Source: Clostridia bacterium (GTDB lineage: Bacteria > Bacillota > Clostridia > UMGS1883 > UMGS1540). From it: a stretch of 42,203 bases of DNA. Location of the stretch: contig JAZSIR010000005.1 in the NCBI GenBank assembly GCA_045533905.1, forward strand, positions 1 through 42,203. The letters are read 5' to 3'. Every line of letters begins with the position of its first letter. The stretch's first letter is position 1. The position numbers and the translations under genes were made by a program. Below are positions 29,545-38,017 of the stretch, one piece after another. The notes beneath the pieces were generated by a model, which ran no database searches, had not been told where the DNA came from, and was given only the letters and a program-made list of their open reading frames with translations.

Positions 29545-29575
29545 GTATACGACACAGAATATAGTAAAAAGGAGA

Positions 29576-29794
29576 ATGAATGTGCAAGATTTTAACGCGT
29601 TTTTGAAGGGTATGGATTCCAAAACATTGGAAGAAGGAATGAAAAAGGCTTCTGCTTTTGCAAAAACGGCAGAAGGACAAAAAATGATTGCATCATTTAA
29701 GGGAAATATGCCGGCGGACAAAGAATCTCTTATAAAGACACTTGCCGCGAATCCCGAAATATTAAAGACCGTTGAATCTTTTTTGAAACAGTAG
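29576..29794 (+). CDS. Small hypothetical protein (~70 aa)
   Basis: AAGGAG RBS (start ATG 29576 or GTG 29582); first of three tandem ORFs. Confidence 0.7.
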   Translation: MNVQDFNAFLKGMDSKTLEEGMKKASAFAKTAEGQKMIASFKGNMPADKESLIKTLAANPEILKTVESFLKQ

Positions 29795-29814
29795 CTTTCT
29801 AAGGGGGATGCAAA

Positions 29815-30156
29815 ATGGCAAACACACCGGAAAATATGCTGAAGGATATTCTGGGGAATCCGGAGGCAATGGGAAAGATAATGAGTATGATGCAGGCTTT
29901 TTCCGGAGATAGCAAAGAAACAGACACAGAAAACGCAGCATCCCCCCTCCCCTTCGGCTTGGATAATCCGGAGATGCTCGCGCGCCTCGGCACTGCCTTT
30001 AGAAAGATGGCAAATGACAACGATCCGAGAATTAATCTCCTGATGGCAATCAAGCCGTATCTGAATAAAGAGCGTTCCCGCGGGGCGGAGCAGGCAATGC
30101 AAATTTTGAAACTCAGTAAAATGTCCTCTCTTTTTGAGGAACTCAAAATTTTATAA
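29815..30156 (+). CDS. Hypothetical protein (113 aa)
   Basis: AAGGGGG RBS; helical, Met-rich, DPRINLLMAIKPYL motif. Confidence 0.75.
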   Translation: MANTPENMLKDILGNPEAMGKIMSMMQAFSGDSKETDTENAASPLPFGLDNPEMLARLGTAFRKMANDNDPRINLLMAIKPYLNKERSRGAEQAMQILKLSKMSSLFEELKIL

Positions 30157-30167
30157 AGGGAGGTACT

Positions 30168-30443
30168 ATGTACAAGCAATATTATAACGCTTACGAAAAA
30201 AAGGCAGAAGAAATCCGCAGGGCGGCGCGCTCGATAGAAAAAGGAGATGCACTTTCTTCCGCGTGGGGCGCGGAAGCAGTCCCTGCAAAAACAGTTTTGC
30301 CGGTGCAGGCAAAGATTTTTTCTCGTTTTTCTACGGATGACATTCTTCTGTGCGCGCTGATTTTTCTTTTGGTAAGTGCCGAAGAGAAGGATACCACACT
30401 TATTTTGATTTTAGCGTATTTGTTTATAACAGGGTTAAAATGA
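30168..30443 (+). CDS. Hypothetical protein with C-terminal hydrophobic hairpin (91 aa)
   Basis: GGGAGG RBS; DDILLCALIFLL..DTTLILILAYLF. Confidence 0.75.
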   Translation: MYKQYYNAYEKKAEEIRRAARSIEKGDALSSAWGAEAVPAKTVLPVQAKIFSRFSTDDILLCALIFLLVSAEEKDTTLILILAYLFITGLK

Positions 30444-30448
30444 AAGTA

Positions 30449-30480
30449 AAAAACCCGCAAGCAGATGCTTGCGGGTTTTT
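30449..30480. terminator. Bidirectional terminator
   Basis: AAAAACCCGCAAGCA-GA-TGCTTGCGGGTTTTT between convergent genes. Confidence 0.85.
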
Positions 30481-30481
30481 A

Positions 30482-31519
30482 TCAGCTTTTTTTCATAATA
30501 TGAATGTCATTCGGATTTATTACGAGGCCCACATCTTTGCCGGCCTCTTCCATTGCCGTGCTGTGTACCAGCCAGTCGTTCTCTCCGGAGGAAACGAGCA
30601 TTTCATAATGTACGCCTTTGAAATACACGCTCTTCACAGTGCCGCGAAGCATCCCGTCTTCCGGCGCCACAATTTTAATATCTTCCGGTCGAATTACCAC
30701 GTCAATCTGTTCATTCCTTGCAAACCCTTTGTCTACACAAACAAACTCCCGACCACTGAAATTGACCCTAAAATCTTCAAGCATCGTGCCGTCCACAATA
30801 TTGCTTTCGCCTATAAAGCGGGCAACAAACTTGTTTTTGGGTTCGTTGTAGATATCCACAGGGTTCCCGATTTGCTGAATTTCGCCATTACTCATAACCA
30901 CGATTGTATCGCTCATGGTAAGCGCTTCTTCCTGGTCATGTGTAACATAAATGAACGTAATGCCCAGCGCTTCACGAAGTTTCTTCAGCTCGTGCTGCAT
31001 CCCCTGGCGAAGTTTGAGATCCAGAGCACCAAGCGGTTCATCGAATAACAAGACTTCCGGCTCGCACACAATGGCACGTGCGATGGCAATTCGCTGCTGC
31101 TGCCCACCCGAAAGAGAATCGGGATATCTTTTTTCAAAGCCCGGCAAGTTTACAATTTCAAGGGCATGCATAACCTTTTGGCGGATAACATCCTCCGGCA
31201 TTTTTTTGATACGGAGACCAAAGGCCACATTTTCGAAAATATTCATATGCGGGAACAGCGAATATTTTTGAAAAACCGTGTTGAAATTCCGCTTCTCCGG
31301 CGGTACGCTCGCAATATCCTGCCCGCGGTATAAGACGCGTCCTGCATCCGGCCGTTCAAAACCGCCGATAATGCGCAAAATAGTAGTTTTACCGCAGCCG
31401 CTCGGACCAAGAAGGGTAATGAATTCATTTTTGCGGATATATAAATTGAAATCTTCGAGCACCTTAGTATCTCCAAAAGATTTATAGATACCCTGCAAAT
31501 CAATGATGTGATTTTCCAA
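30482..31519 (-). CDS. potA: Spermidine/putrescine ABC transporter ATPase
   Basis: [42 protein letters not shown] tail. Confidence 0.92.
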   Translation of the reverse strand: MENHIIDLQGIYKSFGDTKVLEDFNLYIRKNEFITLLGPSGCGKTTILRIIGGFERPDAGRVLYRGQDIASVPPEKRNFNTVFQKYSLFPHMNIFENVAFGLRIKKMPEDVIRQKVMHALEIVNLPGFEKRYPDSLSGGQQQRIAIARAIVCEPEVLLFDEPLGALDLKLRQGMQHELKKLREALGITFIYVTHDQEEALTMSDTIVVMSNGEIQQIGNPVDIYNEPKNKFVARFIGESNIVDGTMLEDFRVNFSGREFVCVDKGFARNEQIDVVIRPEDIKIVAPEDGMLRGTVKSVYFKGVHYEMLVSSGENDWLVHSTAMEEAGKDVGLVINPNDIHIMKKS

Positions 31520-31539
31520 ATTCCTATGCCTCCCAAAAC

Positions 31540-32580
31540 TTAGAGTGAAGCTAAAAACTCACTCCAGACTGTTTCATACTTTTCTGTTACTTCTTTCCCT
31601 AAATACTTATAAATTTCCGCGATGGAAAGAATTGCTTCATCCGGGTATGCGAAGGAAGTGCGCACTTCCTCGGGAAAACTGGCCAGAACTTCTGTGTGCG
31701 GCGTGGAGTACCCGATTTCCGCTGCATTTCTTTCCGCAATTTCCGTGCTGCACATAAAGTCAATAAATTTTTCTGCAGCTTCTTTGTGCTCGCTGTTTGC
31801 CGGAATAACCATAGAGTCAAAGAAGAGATTGCTGCCTTCTTCCGGAATAGCAAAATCCAGGTTTTCATTTTCGGAAATGCAGTATGCAGCATCGCCGGAA
31901 TACATCAGCGCAAGCGGTGCTTCACCGGAAATCATTTTATCCATACCGTCGTCATTCACATATCCCACAACATTGGGAATCTGCTGACGTAATTTTTCTT
32001 TTGCAGCTGCAAGTTCCTCGGAACTTGTGCTGTTAAAGGAAAAACCAAGCGATTTGAGCGTAATGCCCAGTGCATCGCGCATATCCTTCTTCATAAGAAT
32101 GGAGTTTTCGTATTTTGCATCAAAAAGTGTGTTCCATGTAAAGTGCTCTTCGGACACCTTTGTCTTATCATACAATATACCGAGTGTACCCCACATATAC
32201 GGAACGGAATATTTGTTTTCCGGATCAAAGGCCAGATTTTTGTATTTTGCATCTATCAGGCTGTAGTTCGGAATATTTTCGAAGTTCAGCGGCGCGAGCA
32301 TATCCTCGCCAATCAGACGTTCGATCATATAATCAGAAGGAATTAAAACATCATATTTCGTTGTACCGTTTTTAATCTTCGTGTACATAATTTCGTTATC
32401 GGTGTAGGTTTCATACTGCACGCGGATGTCCGGGTATAATGCTTCAAAATCATCAAATATGGTCTCATCGATATATTCGCCCCAGTTGTATACGCGAAGC
32501 ACGGTTTTCCCGCTATCTGCACAACCGGAAAGGCAAGACAGAACTAAAAGTACACTTAAAACAATCGCTAATCTTTTCAT
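31540..32580 (-). CDS. potD: Spermidine/putrescine-binding lipoprotein
   Basis: Lipobox [30 protein letters not shown]. Confidence 0.9.
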   Translation of the reverse strand: MKRLAIVLSVLLVLSCLSGCADSGKTVLRVYNWGEYIDETIFDDFEALYPDIRVQYETYTDNEIMYTKIKNGTTKYDVLIPSDYMIERLIGEDMLAPLNFENIPNYSLIDAKYKNLAFDPENKYSVPYMWGTLGILYDKTKVSEEHFTWNTLFDAKYENSILMKKDMRDALGITLKSLGFSFNSTSSEELAAAKEKLRQQIPNVVGYVNDDGMDKMISGEAPLALMYSGDAAYCISENENLDFAIPEEGSNLFFDSMVIPANSEHKEAAEKFIDFMCSTEIAERNAAEIGYSTPHTEVLASFPEEVRTSFAYPDEAILSIAEIYKYLGKEVTEKYETVWSEFLASL

Positions 32581-33356
32581 ATGGTATTATCCTCCGTTGC
32601 TTTCTTTTTCTCTTTGATATTTATGAATAAAAGTAAAATCAGAATTGCGCCGAACATAATTGAGGAGAGCGCGTAATTTTCAGGCTTGACACCGGTTTTG
32701 GACGTATATACCAGAATGGATATGTTTTTGATGCCGTTGCCTGTATTAAAGAAACTGATAACAAAGTCATCGATGGAAAGTGTAATGGAAATCAGGAAGC
32801 CCGAGATGATGCCCGGCAGAATATCCGGAAGAATAATTTTTCGGTAGGCCTGCAAGGGGCTTGCGCCAAGATCAAGTGCTGCCTCATATACACTTTGGTT
32901 CATACCGTAAAGCTTTGGCATTACCGCCAGGATAACATAGGGTATGCAGAATGTGATATGCGAAAGCAGAAGCGTTAAAAAGCCAAGCTCGAATCTCAAA
33001 AAAGCAAAGAGGAGCATCAGCGAAACGCCTGTCACGATATCCGAGTTCATCATCGGGAGATAGGTGAGATTGATCATACTCTTCCGGAAAAAGGCGCCGC
33101 TTTTGTGAAGTGCCAATGCGGAAATCGTGCCAATCACAGTGGAAACCGCTGCGGCCAAAAGCGCCAGAAACACCGTGGTGACAAGCGCATCCATAATATC
33201 CGCATTCTGAAACAGTTCTTTGTACCAGCGAAGCGAAAAACCACCCCACTTTCCTCTCGATTTCGCATCGTTGAAGGAAAAGACCGCTAATGTGAGAATG
33301 GGCGCATACAGGAAAAGCAAAACAATATAAAAGTACGTTTTCCGAAGAAACTTCAT
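32577..33356 (-). CDS. potC: Spermidine/putrescine ABC permease
   Basis: FLYAPI..FSFN, EAALDLGA, SIDDFVISFF. Confidence 0.9.
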   Translation of the reverse strand: MKFLRKTYFYIVLLFLYAPILTLAVFSFNDAKSRGKWGGFSLRWYKELFQNADIMDALVTTVFLALLAAAVSTVIGTISALALHKSGAFFRKSMINLTYLPMMNSDIVTGVSLMLLFAFLRFELGFLTLLLSHITFCIPYVILAVMPKLYGMNQSVYEAALDLGASPLQAYRKIILPDILPGIISGFLISITLSIDDFVISFFNTGNGIKNISILVYTSKTGVKPENYALSSIMFGAILILLLFINIKEKKKATEDNTI

Positions 33357-34183
33357 CACGGCATCATCACCTCCGAATCATCAGAGAAGCGATTTACAAG
33401 CCACATCGAAAGAATAACCACAAGCATTACTACAATGGAAATTGCCGAGCCGAAGCCCCAGTTTCCAGCGTGCATAAACTGCTGCTCGATAATGTCACCG
33501 ATAAGCGTAATTTTTCCGCTTCCCAAAAACTGTGAGATTACGAAAGTAGTAACCCCGGGGACAAAGACCATAGTAACACCCGAAATAATGCCGGGTACAC
33601 TGAGGGGCAAAATGATGCGGAAAAAGCAAGTGAAGCTACCGGCGCCAAGATCGTGTGCTGCCTCTAAAATATTGCGCGGAATTTTGCTGATAGCTGTATA
33701 AATCGGGAAAATCATATACGGCAGGAAGTTATATACCATACCGAATACAACGGCGTTTGAATTACCGAGGAAAGCTCGTTTCGGAAGCCCCATTGCCTCC
33801 AGAATGGTGTTAATAACACCGTTTCCTTCCAAAAGCGTAAGCCATGCATACGTGCGAAGCAGAAAATTCATCCACATCGGCGCAATTAAAAGTACAACCA
33901 AAAGTGCTTTTCTTTTGAATGTATTGCCCGCTAAAATCATAGCAACCGGATAGCCGATCAAAAGGCAATATGCAGTAGAGATTAAAGCCAAAAACAAAGA
34001 ACGCCAGAGCACGCGCAAATAGTCCGGGTGCATGAACTGACGGAAATGTGCAAGCGAAAAAGAACCGCTGTCATCCGTAAACCCATAATAGGCAATCAAA
34101 AAGAGCGGAACCACAATCAAAAAAACGATCCATATTAAAAACGGAAGAAGTGCTACTAAGTAGAGCGTCTTTTTTCTTTTCAT
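33356..34183 (-). CDS. potB: Spermidine/putrescine ABC permease
   Basis: PMWMNFLLRTYAW, YNFLPYM, EAAHDLGA, NWGFGSA. Confidence 0.9.
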   Translation of the reverse strand: MKRKKTLYLVALLPFLIWIVFLIVVPLFLIAYYGFTDDSGSFSLAHFRQFMHPDYLRVLWRSLFLALISTAYCLLIGYPVAMILAGNTFKRKALLVVLLIAPMWMNFLLRTYAWLTLLEGNGVINTILEAMGLPKRAFLGNSNAVVFGMVYNFLPYMIFPIYTAISKIPRNILEAAHDLGAGSFTCFFRIILPLSVPGIISGVTMVFVPGVTTFVISQFLGSGKITLIGDIIEQQFMHAGNWGFGSAISIVVMLVVILSMWLVNRFSDDSEVMMP

Positions 34184-34195
34184 CTTTTTCCTTTC

Positions 34196-34741
34196 TTATC
34201 CAAACGAGAAATTCGGCGGCGAAGAGATCCACAAGACCTTCAGCGGTGTCTTTCCGCAATTTTTCAGATAGTGCGGCGATCTTGCCTGAAAATAAAAGCT
34301 TTCGCCTTTTTGAATCTTATGCTTTGCAGATCCGACGTATAACGTGGCCGTGCCGGAGAGGACATATCCGAATTCTTCCCCTTCGTGCGGGGATTCCTCT
34401 TCCGTGGCCATTCCGCCTTCCAGTTCAATTACCACCGGCTCCATTTCGTTTTTCTGTGCATCTGCTACAAGCCAGAAAACGCGGAGATCTCCAAAATCCT
34501 TGACAATAACATCTTCTTTTTTGTACACAATCTTTTCCTTTTTCTCGTCACTGAAAAATTCCTGAAAATTTGTGCCGAGAGACCGAAGAATATCCTCAAG
34601 CGTAGAAAGCGAGGGCGAAGTAATATCCGCTTCCAGCTGAGAAATAAACCCTTTCGTCAAATCACAGCGATTGCCGAGCTCCGATTGTGTTAAATTGTTT
34701 TTCAGACGCAAATTCCTGATTTTGTCGCCAATTTTAATCAT
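34196..34741 (-). CDS. XRE-family HTH regulator with cupin domain (PuuR-like)
   Basis: LTQSEL..LTKGFISQLE HTH; HEGEEFGYVL cupin; first gene of the pot operon. Confidence 0.88.
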   Translation of the reverse strand: MIKIGDKIRNLRLKNNLTQSELGNRCDLTKGFISQLEADITSPSLSTLEDILRSLGTNFQEFFSDEKKEKIVYKKEDVIVKDFGDLRVFWLVADAQKNEMEPVVIELEGGMATEEESPHEGEEFGYVLSGTATLYVGSAKHKIQKGESFYFQARSPHYLKNCGKTPLKVLWISSPPNFSFG

Positions 34742-34791
34742 ATGAACCCTTCTGTTCGTTTGGTGTGAAATTTAAGAAAAATATACTTTTT

Positions 34792-34808
34792 GTTTACTTT
34801 TTGTAAAC
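34792..34808. promoter_or_regulatory. Candidate operator of the pot operon regulator
   Basis: Palindrome GTTTAC-N5-GTAAAC just downstream of the -10 element. Confidence 0.5.
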
Positions 34809-34815
34809 GATTATT

Positions 34816-34844
34816 ATTAAAGCATATTTTGCGCGTTTTGTCAA
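34816..34844 (-). promoter_or_regulatory. SigA promoter of the pot operon
   Basis: TTGACA-17 bp-TTTAAT. Confidence 0.65.
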
Positions 34845-34900
34845 TAGATTTTGCGCATTTTTTACATTTTTTTATCCCCTTTTCGTTTTTTATGCCAAAT

Positions 34901-34929
34901 TTGACATTTTCGTCAGATTCTGGTATACT
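34901..34929 (+). promoter_or_regulatory. SigA promoter of birA
   Basis: TTGACA-17 bp-TGGTATACT. Confidence 0.75.
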
Positions 34930-34952
34930 GAAAGAAAGAAGGAGGCGGTGTT

Positions 34953-35927
34953 TTGGCCTTACAGGATGAACTTTTAAAACTTTTGTTTTTCTACTCCGGT
35001 GATTATATTTCTGCAAAAGATTTAGCACGGCGGTTAGGCGTCTGTCAAGATAAAATATACAGATGTATAGCAGCGCTCCGCAAAGAAGGATATGTGATTT
35101 CGGGATGTACGCATCATGGTTATAAGCTCGGTGAAATTCGCGATGTGCTTTCTGCGGATGAAATCACAAAAGAATATCATACAGCAAAAGAAAAAATCCG
35201 TATTTTCTCTTCCCTGCCCTCTACAAACACAACCGCAAAAGAAATGGCCGCCTGCGGTGCACCCGAGGGAACGGTTTGCATCGCCGAAATGCAGACGCGC
35301 GGTCGCGGCCGAATGGACAGACAGTTTTTTTCACCGGAAAAAACCGGTCTTTATATGAGCCTTATTCTCCGTCCCGTTCTCCCTCCCGAGGATGCCCTGC
35401 ATCTCACGGCCATTGCGGCAGTAGCCGTTGCGGAAACCGCAGAGGCTTTTGTCGGCGAAAGTGTGGATATCAAATGGGTCAACGATGTCTACTACAAAGG
35501 CAAAAAGGTGTGTGGCATACTGACAGAGTCGGCTTTTGACCAAAGCGGCAAGCTTGCCTATGTGGTTGTGGGCATTGGCGTAAATCTGTATACACCGAAA
35601 GGCGGTTTCCCCCAAAAGCTCGGCGACATTGCCGGTTCCCTTTTGGATTCGCCCGTAGAAGGCACGCGCAGCAGATTCGTTGCCGGTATTCTAAACCGCT
35701 TTTTTGCTTATTACAAACAGTTTTATGATAAAACTTATATCGTCCCCTATCAGCAAAGAAGCTTTCTCACAGGGAAGAATGTGACCGTTCTGCGAGGAAG
35801 TGCAGAATACGACGCGCAGGTGCTTGGAATCTCCGATGACCTTTCTCTTCTCATTCGTCTCTCTGACGGAAATACCGAGAACCTTTCCTGTGGAGAAGTC
35901 AGCATCCGTCCATACAATCAAAAATGA
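34953..35927 (+). CDS. birA: Bifunctional biotin protein ligase/repressor BirA
   Basis: N-terminal wHTH, STN, GRGR, KWVND, KVCGILTE, GIGVN; TTG start after AGGAGG. Confidence 0.93.
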   Translation: MALQDELLKLLFFYSGDYISAKDLARRLGVCQDKIYRCIAALRKEGYVISGCTHHGYKLGEIRDVLSADEITKEYHTAKEKIRIFSSLPSTNTTAKEMAACGAPEGTVCIAEMQTRGRGRMDRQFFSPEKTGLYMSLILRPVLPPEDALHLTAIAAVAVAETAEAFVGESVDIKWVNDVYYKGKKVCGILTESAFDQSGKLAYVVVGIGVNLYTPKGGFPQKLGDIAGSLLDSPVEGTRSRFVAGILNRFFAYYKQFYDKTYIVPYQQRSFLTGKNVTVLRGSAEYDAQVLGISDDLSLLIRLSDGNTENLSCGEVSIRPYNQK

Positions 35928-35957
35928 AAAGGTGCAGCGAAGTCGCTGCGCTTTTTT
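35927..35957 (+). terminator. Intrinsic terminator after birA
   Basis: GGTGCAGCGA-AG-TCGCTGCGC followed by TTTTTT. Confidence 0.75.
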
Positions 35958-35984
35958 GTTGTATCAAAATTTTCAAAATAATAC

Positions 35985-36013
35985 TTGACAATGGTTTTTC
36001 TTGGTGGTATACT
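35985..36013 (+). promoter_or_regulatory. SigA promoter of the ctsR operon
   Basis: TTGACA-17 bp-TGGTATACT. Confidence 0.8.
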
Positions 36014-36021
36014 TTTGACAA

Positions 36022-36044
36022 GGTCAAAGTTAGTCAAAGTCAAA
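36022..36044 (+). promoter_or_regulatory. CtsR operator
   Basis: GGTCAAA-GTT-AGTCAAA plus an extra GTCAAA; matches the RGTCAAA-N3-RGTCAAA heptad repeat. Confidence 0.88.
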
Positions 36045-36055
36045 GGAGGGTTGTT

Positions 36056-36508
36056 ATGGGCATCTCGGATATTATCGAGCAGTTTCTCGAAGAAAAAATG
36101 AAACATTGCGACGGTGCTTTGGAAATTCAGCGCAAAACCATTGCCGACCAATTTGGATGTGTCCCTTCACAAATCAATTATGTAATCCGCACACGATTCA
36201 CAAACGAGCGCGGTTATCTTGTTGAGAGCAAGCGAGGTGGCGGCGGTTATCTTCGGATCAGCCGCGTGGCTCCGAAGGAAAGCTCTGCATATATGATGCA
36301 TATTGTAAACAGCATCGGCGACAACATCAGTTTTCAAACGGCTGCAGTGCTTGTAAAAAATATGGTTGCGAATGAATGCCTGACCTTGCGTGAGGGACGG
36401 ATTATTTTATCAGGCCTTGCGGATAACAAGCTGCCGTTTCCCCTTCCCTTGCGGGATCGCACAAGGGCCGCGCTTCTCAAAAATATGCTTCTCAGCATTG
36501 CAATATAA
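36056..36508 (+). CDS. ctsR: Class III heat-shock repressor CtsR
   Basis: ISDIIE, CVPSQINYV..TRF, ESKRGGGGY; start ATG 36056 after AGGAGG. Confidence 0.96.
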   Translation: MGISDIIEQFLEEKMKHCDGALEIQRKTIADQFGCVPSQINYVIRTRFTNERGYLVESKRGGGGYLRISRVAPKESSAYMMHIVNSIGDNISFQTAAVLVKNMVANECLTLREGRIILSGLADNKLPFPLPLRDRTRAALLKNMLLSIAI

Positions 36509-36522
36509 AAGGAGTGTTTACT

Positions 36523-36999
36523 ATGTTATGTGAAAAATGCGGAATGAATCTTGCCAGTCTTCACTTAAAGCAAAATATAAACGGCAAAAAAACAGAAATG
36601 CACGTGTGTCAAAGCTGCGCCGCGCAAATGGGTTACCTCGGCACAAATAATACGTTTATGACGGACTTTTTCAACCTCTTAACGCCGAATATTGCCGGGC
36701 ACTCCCGTTGCCCCGGCTGCGGCGAAACATACGAAGAATATAAAGCCACAAAACGTATTGGCTGCGAAAAATGTTACACACACTTCCAAAGCTTTTTAGA
36801 ACCCGTTCTAAAGAAAGTGCACGGAACTGCAGTGCATACTGGAAAGCTTCCCAAAAAGGCCGATAGCCGCGTGCGCATCAAGCGCGAAGCGGAAAAACTT
36901 CGCCGCCAGCTGCAGGAAGCCATTCTGAACGAAGAATTTGAAAAAGCCGCTGATCTTCGCGATCGGCTTCGCGAGATGGATGGGGGTGACGCGAAATGA
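36523..36999 (+). CDS. mcsA: McsA (CxxC motifs plus UVR domain)
   Basis: Four CxxC motifs, HTGK, EEFEKAA.LRD. Confidence 0.93.
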   Translation: MLCEKCGMNLASLHLKQNINGKKTEMHVCQSCAAQMGYLGTNNTFMTDFFNLLTPNIAGHSRCPGCGETYEEYKATKRIGCEKCYTHFQSFLEPVLKKVHGTAVHTGKLPKKADSRVRIKREAEKLRRQLQEAILNEEFEKAADLRDRLREMDGGDAK

Positions 37000-38003
37000 C
37001 CTGGTACCAAAACGAAGGGCCCAAAAACGATATTATTATCAGCACGCGCGTCCGTCTTGCGCGCAATATAAGCGGATATCCTTTCGGAAACAAGCTTACA
37101 ACCCAAGATGCGGAAAAGATTATTGATCTTGTATGGGCGGCACTCGCGCCCATTGCAAAGGATTTCACGCTGCACAAGATCCATAAACTCTCCCCCTTAA
37201 AGCAGCAGGCGCTTATTGAAAAGCATTTAATAAGTCCTGCTCTTACCGGCGGAAATTTCCCGCGTGCTGCCATTATAAACAAAGACGAAAGCATTTCCAT
37301 TATGGTAAATGAAGAGGACCATATCCGAATCCAGTGTCTCACGTCAGGCTTTATGCCGGATGCGGCCTGGGATACAGCAAACCGAATTGATGATCTTCTC
37401 GGGGAAAGCCTCGATTTTGCCTTTCACGAAAAGTATGGCCACCTCACAAGCTGCCCCACAAACACCGGCACGGGGCTCCGCATCTCTGCAATGGTGCACC
37501 TCCCTGCCATCTCCGTTACCGGCCGCATTTCCAGTCTTTTGTCGCAGGCGGCAAAATCCGGAATGGCTGTACGGGGGCTTTATGGCGAAGGCAGCGATGC
37601 GCAAGGGAATTTTTATCAGATTTCTAATCAGATTACGCTTGGTGCTTCTGAAGAAGAGCTTATCGAACGGTTTAACAAACTTGTCTCTTCTGTCTGTGAA
37701 GTGGAGCTGTCGCTCCGAAAGCAGCTCGCACAGGATGTGCCTGCAAAACTGATTGACCGGATTTCGCGCAGCTACGGCGCCATGCGGCACGCCTATATGA
37801 TCAGCGGAAAAGAAATGCTGAATTTAATCAGCGATGTTCGACTTGGCATATATTTGGGTATACTATCACAAATCCCCTTTGAAAAGCTCACATCGCTTAT
37901 GGTGATTACCATGCCTGCAAATATCGCCGGCACATCTGCTTCCATGACAGCAGAAGAACGGGATATTAAACGGGCAAAAATCATCAAAGAAACCATATTG
38001 TAA
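36996..38003 (+). CDS. mcsB: Protein arginine kinase McsB
   Basis: STRVRLARN, NEEDH, CPTNTGTG, QISNQITLG. Confidence 0.95.
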   Translation: MTWYQNEGPKNDIIISTRVRLARNISGYPFGNKLTTQDAEKIIDLVWAALAPIAKDFTLHKIHKLSPLKQQALIEKHLISPALTGGNFPRAAIINKDESISIMVNEEDHIRIQCLTSGFMPDAAWDTANRIDDLLGESLDFAFHEKYGHLTSCPTNTGTGLRISAMVHLPAISVTGRISSLLSQAAKSGMAVRGLYGEGSDAQGNFYQISNQITLGASEEELIERFNKLVSSVCEVELSLRKQLAQDVPAKLIDRISRSYGAMRHAYMISGKEMLNLISDVRLGIYLGILSQIPFEKLTSLMVITMPANIAGTSASMTAEERDIKRAKIIKETIL

Positions 38004-38017
38004 AGGAGTAAAAATAT

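Noticed and set aside
29352-29555. Small ORFs overlapping tRNA-Pro
   Set aside because: They overlap a canonical tRNA and its promoter, so they are spurious.
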